The position numbers were made by a program, and so were the translations under genes. 64,000 bases of DNA from Anthoceros angustus (taxonomy: Eukaryota; Plantae; Anthocerotophyta): positions 620,001 through 684,000 of the forward strand of contig MU008153.1 of NCBI GenBank assembly GCA_010909165.1, given 5' to 3'. Positions 27,562-38,925 of the stretch are shown here, piece by piece (position 1 is the first letter of the stretch; each line of letters starts with the position of its first letter). The notes below the pieces were generated by a model. That model saw nothing but the letters and a program-made list of their open reading frames with translations, made no database searches and had not been told where the DNA came from.

Positions 27562-29475
27562 ATGGAGGCGGTGAAGGAGAGGTGGGCGAGCGGGGATTCC
27601 TGGTCCCTGCTGCATGCGGACTGGGACAAGGGCGGGGGCCTGGGGGAGCACCTCCGCCTGGTGGCCCTGGTGGTGGCGCACGGCATCGTCTGGTTCGCGA
27701 AGCTCATGCTGGTGCTGCTCCCGAGCCCCCTTTCAGCGCTGTTGCTGGGTCCCGAGAGCGGGAAGGCAGCATGGGGCGTGGTCGCGGCGGGGAAGAAGGG
27801 GGAGCAGGAGCTGGGCCTGGCTGGCGCCGCGGGTGGCGGCGCCGCCGGCATGATGGTCGTGGGTGGCCCTGGGCGGCGGCCAGGGAGCAAGCCCAGCATC
27901 GGGAGCAGCAGCCCTGTGGGCAGGGCGCTGTGCCAGGTCCTGGCCCTGGTGAACGACATCCCGGCCTCGAGCAGGAAGTACGAGTTCGCGCGTGGGCTCG
28001 CGGAGGCGATCGTGGAGGAGAATCATCGGCACGGGGGCGAGTTGACGGCGGTGAACAAGGCGGCGCTGGGCGCGGGCTTCCACCGCACCGTGGTGCTGCT
28101 GGCGAGGGTGCTGGCCCGCTCGCAGCGGCAGCAGCAGCAGCAGCAGCAGGGCGGGATTCCGGGCTCCTGGCTGTGGAGTTGGATCCCGTTGCCCGGGCTC
28201 GGGGCCGCGCTCGGCCGGCCGCTCCCCGGGGCCGTGTCGTGGGCGGTGAGCCTGTGTCAGGCGATGCTTGCTGCGGGCTCGGGCTCGGGCTCGCAGCGCG
28301 CGCCGGAGGATGAGACTGACGACCTGAATGACGCGCCTGAGAAGCTGGCGCAGGAGCTGCTCTGGATTTCAGAGAAGATGGTGCAGTGCCATGCTGTAAG
28401 GGACGCTGTGCTGCTGTGGGCTAACGCGGGCCCGCTCGCCTTCTTGTCCATCTCCGCTCCTGCCAAAGTGCAGCGCTCGCTGGTCAGGCTCTCTGGTGAG
28501 TTTCTCTATTGCCCACCAACGCTGCATGCGCTTTGTTTCCTTTGCTTTGCTTCCCGTTGCTTGCTTCCATGTTTTTCCCATTGGCTTACTTCCTTGCATG
28601 TTTTTCTCGGTGGTATGCTTCCTTGCATGTTGTTGTCATCGTTGTGCTTCCTTGCATGTTGTTGTCATCGTTTTGCTTCCTTGCTTGCATCCATTGCTTC
28701 CTTGCCTCTTTCATGGCTTCCTTGCCGCTATTGCTGTCTTGCTTCCTCCTCCATCGCTTCCTTGCATGTTTCATGGCTTCCTTGCCTCCTCCATTGCTTT
28801 CTTGCTTCCTCCTCCACATCACTTCCTGTCTTCCTCCATCTTGCTTCCTTGCCTCCTTGCTTCCTCCATTGCTTCCCCCATGGCTTCCTTCCCTCCCCCC
28901 GTGGCTTTCCTGCCTCCCCCATTGCCGACCTTGGTAGTTGGGCTTGACCGCCTAGCCCAGCTGGTATACCAGGCGGGCCTGGCAAGCGGAGCTCCAGTGT
29001 TCGAATCCCGAGCCCGCCAGAAAGGCCGACTCTTGTTTCACTGTTTGATCATTTCCATGTCCTCCTGTATGCATGCGCAGTGCTACTCTGCAGGGGGCTA
29101 GTGGAGTCCGACCCAACGGACCTACCCAGTGACGTGAGGATGAAGCTTCTACTCCTCTGGCTGCCGCTCTTCTGCAACGCCACCCACGGGGGCGACGGCC
29201 CCATCTTCTCCTCCGCCGAGCGGACCAGCAACGAGAAGATGCTGGAGCAGCTCATCAGCGTGCTGCCGGAGGTGGATCAGGAGGAGATCTTGTCTCTCTG
29301 GCTGCACGAGTACGCCTTCTCGCATTCGGACTGGCCCAATCTGCAGCACTGCTACACCAACTGGTGTTACTCGTCTCGGAAGCTGGGCCAGCAGCAGCAG
29401 CAGATCACGGCATCAGAGCAACTTCCCCTCGTGCCTGCTCGGAAACCCAGCAAGAGCAAGTGTGGGAGGCCGTGA
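27562..29475 (+). CDS. Uncharacterised plant protein, At5g64230/At3g19920-like; 2 exons (27562-28495, 29081-29475)
   Basis: Motifs KYEFARGLAE.IV.EN, QELLWI.EKM..C.AV.DAV..W and MKLLLLWLPLFC.A..G.D.P...LSLWLHE....SDWPNLQ.CY..WC..SRKL. The GT-AG intron 28496-29080 is phase-compatible. Confidence 0.8.
28520..28925. repeat. Intronic pyrimidine-rich degenerate repeat (CTTCCTTGC-like units)
   Basis: Many CTTCCTTGC / GCTTCC variants inside the 585-nt intron. Confidence 0.8.
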
Positions 29476-30266
29476 TCGGAATCCCTTCACTCCCTCCCTG
29501 TGCCGCCGGCCTGCGACATGTTTGTACATACCAGGACATCCCTTGCAGATCACACTGACTGGAAGGATTAGGAGTGTAGGAAGCGAGTGTCCGGTGGGTG
29601 GCATGGGAGATCATTTTTTAGTGCTGATTAGCGTAGCTAGACATAATTCCCAGCACTACGTTGGACCATTCATTCATCCATCCTGGAAATTGGTGAACGC
29701 TTCTTCCTTGATGAATGCCCTCGGGTCATGTTTGTGTGAATGCGCCTTTAGCTTTCATCTTTCACACTCCTTTGAGACGCCTGATCCTATCGATTCCAAA
29801 CTGGCTGAAAAGGAGGACCTTGAAGGGTGCTGCAAGTTGGAGAACCATCAAATACTGTTTCGTTTTTTTGTAATAAAGCATGTCTGCCGGTAGACTATGA
29901 CCAGACCTAAACTTATTGGTATCGTCTATTGCTAGATAACATATTAAAGCAATTTTGAAAAATAGATGGTTAAATTTAATTAAATAAATAACTGTTAAAT
30001 AATGGAATAGAATACTTTATCAGAGATAATAAAATTATTCGTCTATTTACTAGATGAAGGATTTTGAAGGGCCATTCGTAGCTCAAAAAAGAACTTGACG
30101 AGTTTAGCGTTACAAACTTGATATCACTGGCTTCATATGGATATAAAGTAGGAGTTGGGTTAAGTACCGTAGTCCATGGAGTCCAAAAGTAAGCCTCTAT
30201 TCCAAATAGAGTTCCCTGGAGCCAAAGACTATTTGGGACAAGCAGCCATTCCAAAGAGCCCGGTAA

Positions 30267-30390
30267 GGGCCAATACTATTAGTAAGCATCTCATTCCAAA
30301 TAGCACACTAGAGACTTTCCGATAGACTGGGCCAACACTATTAGTAAGCATCTCATTCCAAATAGCACACTAGAGACTTTCCGATAGACT
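30267..30390. repeat. 62-bp direct repeat x2
   Basis: GGGCCAA.ACTATTAGTAAGCATCTCATTCCAAATAGCACACTAGAGACTTTCCGATAGACT occurs twice. Confidence 0.9.
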
Positions 30391-31129
30391 TTCTGGTGAG
30401 TCTAGTTTCGACATGGCTATGACGAATTTCAGCAGCTCCATTGACAACACCAGTACCATTTTGGAATGACAATACTACTTGTTATGTTCCTCAAGTAGCA
30501 CTTTCCCTGAAAACATCGACATCACTTTGGGGTGGTGATAAAAAAGTTGATATATGCCGATAATGTGGCTATGCCTGTGTTAGCTGCTCTGGCTCAAGAT
30601 GCCTAGTCTTTTTAGATAGTATATTTGTGACCAGCCATAGAGGTTGATGATCATATTTTGATGTACTCTTTTTTAAATCAATCTAAACAATAATGCACAA
30701 AAACTTTGGAGACGATAATACTTAGGGCATCACTAGACTAGCCCTTTACCCTATAAACACTAGCATGGTTGATGATTTCTAGTGTCCTTACGTTACTTTT
30801 CACGTCAATCGCTATTTGGTTGGGTAAACAGAAACCCTACAACATTAAGGTGCATTTCAAAAAGTTACGGACTCGAGATCTTCAAGAACGAGTAGTGATC
30901 ACCAAAATATTACTAGATCGGTAAGGGTGAGCCCTGCTGCTTGTTTTTTGAAATAAAGAGTGAGAGTCTCTCATCCAAGCTCATGGTTTACATTTTCCTT
31001 CGAATCATCGTAGAACCAGAAGGTAGAACTAGAAGGTATGTACCGAAGCTTCAGAACTTGGCAAGAAGGTGCATACTGAAGCTTCACAAGGTATTTATTG
31101 AAGCAATTATGAAATCTGCAAGTTGTCTA

Positions 31130-31715
31130 CCAGTATGCGGAGGCTTTAGTTGCAGAGCTGAACATCCCGCGTCCATTTGTTATGTAGATGTGGGACAAGG
31201 ATCATGTACTAGTTGATTCATTGGCCCAGTCTTTAGGAGCACTATGGGAATTCACACTGGATATCATCTCAGTGAGCTTCACCACTTTTCCTCTCACTTT
31301 CACGCACACAAAATCTTTTGTTAGAAACTCACGAAGATTCTATCAATTGTTCGAGAGACTTGCCAAAAATTTCTCCTCTCGATTTTTTTAATTTCAAACC
31401 ATAAAAATTAAAAAAAATCAATTATAAGTTGTCCGCCAGTATGCGGAGGCTTTACCTGGGAGCTGAACATCTCGCATGCATTTGTTATGTAGATGTGGGA
31501 CAAGGATCATGTACTAGTTGATTCATTGGCCCAGTCTTTAGGAGCACTATGGGAATTCACATTGGATATCATCCGAGTGAGCTTCGCCACGTTTCCTCTC
31601 ACTTTCACGTACACAAAATCTTTTGTTAGAAACTCACAAAGGTTCTATCCATTGTTCGAGAGCCTTGCCAAAAACTTCTCCTTCAATTTTTTTTTTAATT
31701 TCAAACCATTGAAAT
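31130..31715. repeat. ~305-bp tandem duplication x2; homologous in inverted orientation to 38050-38300
   Basis: Near-identical ORFs MWDKDHVLVDSLAQSLGALWEF at 31188 and 31493. The reverse complement of 38100-38250 aligns with the same block. Confidence 0.85.
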
Positions 31716-32090
31716 AAAAAAAATCAATTGCACAAGGTAGAAGTTCAAAAGGCGAGGTAGGTGAAGGCCAAAGGTCAAGTAGCTAAAAGGCCAAAGGCCA
31801 TATAGGTTAAAGGTCAAGGGCCACGTACATAGTTGAATGAATCTATTACAAATTTTGACTACATATAAGTAGTCTGTAGCGTACCTTGTGAGACAGCCTT
31901 GAGTATTTTGCTAGTGTTGTGTGTAGCCTTGTGTGTTTTGCTAGTGTTGTATGTAGCCTTGAGTGTTTTGTTAACGTCTTTGGGTGTCATCCCATTTTAT
32001 AATGCACTCTATAAGTTTATCTTGATTTAAGAGATATTTCATTTGCAAGCCTCTTATCCTTCATTTCTTTGGTCTGAAGTTGTGACTAAT

Positions 32091-32234
32091 ATGAGTTATC
32101 CAGATGATGTACTTGGATTAACCAAAGCAGAAAAAAGAATATATGAAGGACATATAATTGGGCTTCCAAATGAGGTGAGTACTACATTTCTCTATTGTAT
32201 TCTCTTTTTTATGGCTTTGTTTACCACATTGATG

Positions 32235-32280
<46 letters not shown>

Positions 32281-32518
32281 TATGTAAAATTATGTTTTGC
32301 AGATGGATTATGATATAAGAATAAACATCTTCAAGGCATTACTGGACTTGCCTAATAGTTTAATTCAACCGGGGAAGTCTGCTGAGCTACATAATATTGA
32401 AAATTCAAGTCTCTTTACAGAAGGTCCTTTTGTCTGGAGGGAAGCTTTTGCAATAGAGGAACGAAATAATCCGGGCTCCTCAAGTAACTGCTCTATGAAC
32501 GTCGAAGTCATATTTTAA
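32091..32518 (+). CDS. Novel two-exon family member A (exons 32091-32174, 32303-32518; 99 aa)
   Basis: MSYPDD...GLPNE|MDYDIRINIFKALL...NSSLFTEGPFVWREAFAIEERN. Intron GTGAGT...TTTTGCAG. Homologous to the genes at 37567 and 55756. Confidence 0.65.
32235..32276. repeat. (ATA)n microsatellite inside the family-A intron
   Basis: About 14 ATA units, directly visible. Confidence 0.95.
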
Positions 32519-32529
32519 GTTCTCCAAAA

Positions 32530-32890
32530 TGTGTACCTACACTTGCATATAAAAGAATATATGAAGGGAATGTAACTGGGCCTCCAATAAGGCAAATACT
32601 ATATTTCCCTGCATTTTCTCTCTTTTATGGCTTTACTTACTATATTGACCTGATATAAAGTATATCTATGCATAAATTTGTTATGTAGACTGATTACGAT
32701 AAAAGAATGAACATCTTCAAAGCATTCTTGCACTTGCTTAATTGGTCAATTCTACACGGGAAATGTGCTTAATAAGTCAATTCTACACGGGAAATGTACA
32801 AAGCTGTATAATATTAAAAATTCAAGTCGTTTCAGGAAAAGTTTGTTCTGCACTGCTGAAAGCTTGTACAATAGAGATAAAAAATGATAT
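32530..32890 (+). pseudogene. Degenerate family member B
   Basis: KRIYEGNVTGPP, then an intron ending TTATGTAG, then TDYDKRMNIFKAFLHLLN followed by an internal duplication and a stop. Confidence 0.7.
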
Positions 32891-33439
32891 GGTAGTCAGG
32901 ACAAGTATTATAGGTTTATGAATGGAAAGCTCTCGTTATATTATTTGTATTCTTCGTAATCATGTGAATTCTATAACAATTGATAAATAACACATTTTAT
33001 TAGATTGTATATTCTATTGGTATCTTTTGACATAATCTGAAGTGATATACAAAATTTATAATTAAGATAATGATTGGAAACAAGGTCGTTTAAAATGATT
33101 ATATGTCTTATTTGCCATTTGAACACTTATGTTTTATAACCACATACATATACTATAATGATGAAAAATATCATTCATATCTTGAGTTATGTGAGCGATG
33201 ATTGAAAATTAATGTATATGTACACAAACATTCAAGGAGACGACACCTCTCCATGCAATCTGTATGCCAAAAATTTTGAAGAAAATGTATACGTAATACT
33301 TAATATATGTAAATGATTTGTAGCTACATTTGTGCTTTTGTTTAAAATGAATAATGATAATTATTATATGTTTAAATCTTCTTTAACTACTATATATTTG
33401 AGATCTTCGCTACAATGTGTGGATCTCATCTATCTTGCT

Positions 33440-33750
33440 AATGTGACTAAGTGACTCAAAATACTTGCTCATTGTCCAACTTGTTGCCCAATAGTGTAGT
33501 TTTTATCTAAAAAATGATACACAATACATTTATCTCACATCTGTAACAGCAGCTTCTAAAAATTTACTTAAGCTAACTAGCGATGAGACTGCGATCATTT
33601 TAACCCCTTTCTCCTCCAACAACAACAGCATGAAGTCAAGCTACCATATTTTTTGCAGATCATGTGCCAGATTCTAGTCTACCAGCATATTACAAAATAG
33701 TGTGGATTCTTTCATATTGCAAACTTTCTGAGGACAACTAACTCTTGTCA
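33440..33750. repeat. Diverged copy of the GT2 3' flank (38996-39325); a second copy lies at ~35565-35880
   Basis: Shared blocks CATGTGCCAGA.TC.AGTCTACCA.CA.ATTACA...TGGATTCTTTCA and TTCTGAGGACAACT. Confidence 0.7.
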
Positions 33751-33862
33751 CCAGGAAATTAAATCTCTTTTGTCCTCACTCTTGTCACTAGGGGACTAAG
33801 TCCAGGTACCTCAATTAGACGCTCCAGATTAGGCTCAAGATCTGGACATACTGAGGGTGAGT

Positions 33863-33976
33863 GAGCAGAGGTAACGAAGGGTTTGGCAAAATATAGTAAG
33901 GGCGAGCAGAGGCAACGAAAGGTTTGGCAAGATATGGTAAGGGTGAGGAGAGGCAACGAAGGGGTTTGGCAAGACA
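33863..33976. repeat. 41-bp minisatellite x3
   Basis: GAG.AGAGG.AACGAA.GGTTTGGCAA starts at 33863, 33904 and 33945. Confidence 0.9.
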
Positions 33977-34749
33977 TTGTTCTCCACTAAGCGGATCGCA
34001 ATTTTGTTTACAAACCTAGGGCCTTCTTGTAGATTGAATGCTTTATAATTTTAAGTTTGATTATATTATACACTATCCTTTAACACCTTTCTAGTAGGAG
34101 CCTCTTTTAACTAAGCCCGAAACATTTAGTGTGATTTGGCATAAAAATCATTTGAAAATTGATAGATGCACAAGTTGTAGTAACCTAGAATATTGATGAC
34201 TTAGTACGGGCATATTGTGATATATGGATATTCCTCACTAACATAGAATATAGGCAATTTAGTTCGGATATATCGTGAGAATTGTGATCTATGTTTATCC
34301 CTCACTAAAAATGAAAACCCTACAAGGTAGACGTTATGTAATCAATAGATTCATAGAAGTTACATCAATGTATAGGTTAGTATGTGGTAAAAATACATGT
34401 CTGTTTTTGCATTGGAATATTAGATTAGCAACCATTATTACGAGCAATATTAGTGGTTTATGAATAACCAACCTTTGGTTATATTATTCCTAAATTCTTT
34501 AATGATCATGTTAATTGGGATATAATAAAATATCATGTCATATTATATTATACTAAAAAGAGTAGAGTAGACGTTATTAATAGATGAAATGGGAAATCCC
34601 AATCTACCCATGAAGTTCGAGGAGGAACAACCTAAAAAGGGCTAATAGTAAAAAGGGGAGTCCTAGTCTCCTCGAAGGCCTTCTACTTACTCCACCAATG
34701 ATATCGTGATCAGGGATGATGAAGGACCTACCTACCACCGGTGCTGAAG

Positions 34750-35090
34750 AAGCCGCTAGTCTTGCGCATGTAGCCGTCCTATAAACAACATTAGCCAGCG
34801 CTTTCTGCAGAGTTATGGAAACTGTTGTGAAAGCCTACAGAGGAAAGGGGAGGCCCTCCAATTCTGTGCCTGAGCTTTTGCACACTCCTTAATTAACCTA
34901 GAGAAGTCCTTGCCCAAAGTCTCATGAGTCTCGAGGGCGAGGGGGATGAAAACATGGTCGTCTTGCATAAGAGAGTACTTGTGAGTCTTGCTAGTTGCCG
35001 CCCAGCTCGGGGGGTTGATGATGATGTGGTCGCATATAGAGTCCCTCGTGGGATTCGTGACAACCACATCAGCGATGTAAATTTGCTCCC
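34750..35090 (-). mobile_element. 5'-truncated non-LTR retroelement remnant: C-terminal restriction-like endonuclease (RLE) domain
   Basis: EQIYIADVVVTNPTRD...WAA...K..KYS...HVFIPLALET...LGKDF..LI...Q...V.LQKA resembles the D-(x)-P...K..KY...FxPxxxET pattern of RLE-clade elements. Confidence 0.65.
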
Positions 35091-35984
35091 CTCAGTTTAA
35101 AAAAGGTACTAAATGATCTCATAATTTCAACAAGTATCACACAGAACTTACAAATCTAATAAAAGACCCTATATCATGATTATGAAGCATCATTCACTTC
35201 TCATTTAAAAAATTAATTAATTTATGTATTATAATGATTGCCACTATGTTCCAAGTTGTCCACAGGAGCAAGAGCTAGAACTACAACTAAATGTTTACCA
35301 AATCACAAATCTTCAAGGAGACATGACACTTCCTGTGATCTATACGAAAGAATATGTGAAGAGAATGTATATATAGCATGTGAGTTATGAATTTTTCATT
35401 GAGTTTTATGGGTGTTTATGCTTGCCTAGCATAAACATGTACAAAAAGGGTTGTTATTAAAAATATTTTATAGTTGATAGTATAAATAAATAAGTAAGAT
35501 ATTAAATATATAAAATAATTATCTAAAAATTGACACTCTTATGATCTCGTTATTCTTCTATCCTACTAACAACTCGTGCAAGTTGCATGATAATTCAGAA
35601 GACAGCTAGCGCATTATTAACTTCTCTCATTGGCTTTCATTCAAAGAAAGTACATGTATAGTAATGTGTTTTGCATCTGCAACAACTATAGATAGGAGCT
35701 TCTAAAAGTACACAAGCTAGCTTGCAATGATACTCCAATTACTTTATGTCTTTGTTCTCACGGCAATATTAGGAAGCATTAGGAAGTTGGGCAACCATTT
35801 CTCATCGCACACATCCATCTGCCACACTCCAATCTACTATCACATTAGAGGTAGTCTGAAATCTCTCAATTTCATTGCCTACAATGCACAGTTATGGGGG
35901 CAGCTTCACATCATTATTTCACCGCAACTTTGTGGGAACAAACCACGGTGCACACAATTCCCCTTTCCACAAGCAACTCAAGAC

Positions 35985-36130
35985 ATCAAGCAGGCCTCCC
36001 AAACTCCTTATTTACACATCTGATCGTAATTCCTCTGCATAATATTATAATTATATATATTAATTATAATCAAGTCAATAATGTAAACAAAGCCAATAAA
36101 GAGTTGGGATGCGTCCTAATTTTGGTCGAT
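35985..36130 (-). pseudogene. Remnant of the novel family (intron 3' half plus the first codons) fused to a copy of the GT2 3' flank
   Basis: The minus strand reads CTCTTTATTGGCTTTGTTTACATT...TTATGCAG|AGG AAT TAC GAT, then ATCAGATGTGTAAATAAGGAGT, which matches 39460-39490. Confidence 0.55.
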
Positions 36131-36164
36131 GCCTCCCTTCTTCTGCAAGATAAAGTTACATTCT

Positions 36165-36355
36165 GTCTTCTCATGGAACTCCACCCTTTTTCCCACCAGC
36201 AATTGATATCAATCATGGTGCAGGCAATCCAAGTAATCTGCAGTCTGCCGTCAACACTTACGTAGGGGACCTCGTGCACGTGAACGTGAAGTTCCATCAG
36301 ATTTATTCTCCGTCCGTGATGACAATGATGCTATGGCGAGCGTTTCAAACCCTAA
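36165..36355 (+). pseudogene. Highly diverged GT2 (AGlcS-like) exon-2 fragment
   Basis: Reads FSWNST..PTSN (frameshift) ...VNTYVGDLVHVNVKFHQIYS...MLWRAFQT versus FSWNSTFTFVPTSNID...FNTYLGELRHVKFHLLYS...VLWRGFQT in the intact gene. Confidence 0.75.
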
Positions 36356-36511
36356 ACCCTGTTGGAGGCTAGGAACAACAGGAGTTGCTAAAGAACGAGC
36401 AGGAGCTGCAAGAGCAATACCAGGGGCTACTTGAGGAATGATAGGAGGTGTTGTAGGAATGGCAAGATCTACCGGAGGGACCATAAGAGTTGTTGGAGGA
36501 ATGACAGGAGC

Positions 36512-37567
36512 TTATGGAAGAATGTCTATAGAGCTATTGGAGGAATGACAAGGATGAACAAGAGCTATTTGAGAAGAGATAGAAGTTGCTTGAGTAAGGA
36601 TAGGAGTTGCTTCAGAAACAACAGAAGTTGTTAGAGGAACGATAGGAGTCGCTTGAGGAACGACAGGAGGTGACGGAGGAATGACAGAAGTTGGCTTATG
36701 TTTCGCTCGGTAGAGGACTTTAACTTGAGGAATGATAGGAGGTGATGGAGGAAGAGTAGGAGCTATTTGAGGAACGACTGAAGTTGGCTTGGGCCTTCCT
36801 TGGTTGAGAACATAAATTTCAGAAACGACAGGAGCTGCTTGAGCGATGACTGAAGTTGCTTGAGGCATGTCTAAAGGTGCTTGAGGAACAACTGAAGTTA
36901 CTTGAGAAACGATAGGAGGTGCTGGAGGAATGACATAAGCTAGTTGAGGAACGACAAAAGTTTCTTGAGAAATGATTGGAGTTGCTTGAGGAATGACACT
37001 ATCAGGAGGAGTTGCTAGAGTAACAATAGGAGCCATTGGAGGATTGTCAAGAACTGCTTGAGGAATGACAAGAGTTGCTTCAGGAACAACAGGAGCTGCC
37101 CGAGGAACTACATGGGTTCCTTGAAATATGACAGGAGCTACTTGAAAAACGTAGTTGTTTTCGTCAAAATATGTCAATGATGTTGGCAGAGGAGTTGCTT
37201 GGTCGTCTTTTAGAGGAGCTGCGAAATTTCGTTCCTCTATTGGAGAATATTCATTCCATACAAGAGGACCATCTTGGAAAAGACTTGAATTTTGAGTATC
37301 ATGTAGTTTGGCCAATATGGGAGCTTGTGGAATTGATGTTTTGGGCACGCCCAAGAAAGCTCTGAAATCGCTCATTCTTTTATCATAATCTATCTGTATA
37401 ACACAATCATACATATATTTACTTGCAATTTTGTCAACATTGTAAACAAAGCCGCTAAAGAGAGAAATTATGAGAAATATAATACTCACCTCATCTGGGG
37501 GCAAAATTACATTCCCTTCACATATTTCTTGCAATTTCCATGCGAACATATCTTTTGAAGAACCCAT
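36512..37567 (-). CDS. Novel two-exon family member C with a Pro/Val/Gln repeat tail (exons 37567-37490, 37393-36512; ~319 aa spliced)
   Basis: MGSSKD...ILPPDE|IDYDKRMSDFRAFL...NSSLFQDGPLVWNEYSPIEERN, followed by heptad-like VIPQAxP repeats. The 96-nt GTGAGT...TATACAG intron is stop-free and in frame. Confidence 0.7.
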   Translation of the reverse strand: MGSSKDMFAWKLQEICEGNVILPPDEVSIIFLIISLFSGFVYNVDKIASKYMYDCVIQIDYDKRMSDFRAFLGVPKTSIPQAPILAKLHDTQNSSLFQDGPLVWNEYSPIEERNFAAPLKDDQATPLPTSLTYFDENNYVFQVAPVIFQGTHVVPRAAPVVPEATLVIPQAVLDNPPMAPIVTLATPPDSVIPQATPIISQETFVVPQLAYVIPPAPPIVSQVTSVVPQAPLDMPQATSVIAQAAPVVSEIYVLNQGRPKPTSVVPQIAPTLPPSPPIIPQVKVLYRAKHKPTSVIPPSPPVVPQATPIVPLTTSVVSEATPILTQATSISSQIALVHPCHSSNSSIDILP

Positions 37568-37599
37568 ATGTAGTTTGACTTACTTCACCGGCAGTTGAA

Positions 37600-37760
37600 T
37601 CAATACAGCAGGCAAGTCCTGGGATCCTTTGAGCATATCGTATTTCGTCTGCATAACACAATTATACATATGATTAAGTCATTATAGTGAGTGAAACTGG
37701 CAAAGAGAGAAACTATGGGAAAATGTAGTACTCACCTTGTTTGGAGGTCACCTTAGTTCT
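37600..37760 (-). pseudogene. Truncated family member D immediately upstream of member C
   Basis: CCAAACAAG|GTGAGTACTACATTT...TGTTATGCAG|ACG AAA TAC GAT...GAC TTG CCT...ATT CAA, homologous to member A. Confidence 0.65.
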
Positions 37761-38344
37761 TTAGACATTAGTTCTTTAAACCACCTAAGACCAAGAAACA
37801 AATGAACCCAAGCTTGCAAATGACTCATCTCCTATTTAAAAAAAACTTACAAGTTGTACTAATATATAGGGCGGATCGGTCATAACACCCAAAGACACTT
37901 ACAAAGCAATTAAGGCTGTGTCACTCAAAGCTCTCACACAATGTCGTCCAGTGGTATGTATATAGATTGACTTATAACTCAAATTTTTGAAATATTCCTT
38001 CCTTTAACCTACATGGCCTTTGGCCTTTTAGCTCCTTGACCTTAGGCCTTTCAGCTACTTGGCCCCTTGGACTTCTCCTCGTGCAATTGATGTGTGGTCA
38101 GAATCCTTATGGGCTTGTGACGGAAAATTTTGTGCTCGTGCAAGTGTGAGGAGAAGTGATGAAGCTCAAGCCAGCTGATGTCCAGTGTAAATTCACAGTT
38201 GAAGACTGGTCCCCAAAATATCAACCAGTACTTGATCCTCACATCTAGCTCCACAGTTTCAGCCCCCGCATGCCCGCAGACAGCGTGCCGATTTCTGAAG
38301 CTTCGATACGTACCTCTGCCATCCCCAGATTCTTTCTGAAGTGA

Positions 38345-38925
38345 GGATGCTCTCGTCAACTAGGGTTTCGAGTCTGTCTACCTCAACGAGAAGCTCCAGA
38401 TCGGGCTCACCCCGCAGACATTCGAGGGCTACATCAAGCAGAGTCAGCGATGGGGTTCCGGAGCCATCCAGTTGTTTGCAGGAACGTGGAAGTCCATGCT
38501 GGGATGGGGATGGAACAACGACCTCAACCTGGTGCTGAAGCTGCTCCTCGTTCTTGCAGACTGGCAGTGGGTACTACTATGTCTCCATCGTCAACATGAC
38601 TCTCATGGGAGTGCTGTTGAGCACCCTATAATATGGCGGCTGCAATGGATCTTGGTTGTTCCTACCAGCAATATCGATCATGCTGCAGGCGGCCAGAGCA
38701 ACCAGTCAGTTTCAACACGTATTCAGGGGAAGTCAGGCATGTGACGTTCCATCTGATTTATTCTGCAGTAGTGTTGACAATGGTGCTATGGCGGGGGTTT
38801 CAGACCTTCTGCAACTACGGCCTTCTGGACTGGAGAGGGAGCTTGTTCCTGATCGGCCTGTCCATGTTCCTGCTCTGCTCTGTGCCGCACATGATGTGTC
38901 CTGCCATGTACATCCTGTCTCCATG
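38345..38925 (+). pseudogene. Inverted partial duplicate of GT2 exon 2 (corresponds to ~40640-39875) with two internal deletions and frameshifts
   Basis: High nucleotide identity, e.g. GTCTGTCTACCTCAACGAGAAGCTCCAGATCGGGCTCACCCC. It includes the region encoding QRQRW (mutated here). Confidence 0.93.

Noticed and set aside
28496-29101. Read-through of ORF 27562..28947 and the Cys/Leu-rich ORFs at 28496 and 28509 as TM or Cys-rich proteins
   Set aside because: These lie in a pyrimidine-rich intron. Splicing 28495/29081 restores the conserved family C-terminus.
32043-32318. ORF with a poly-Ile run
   Set aside because: It is a read-through of an intronic (ATA)n microsatellite.
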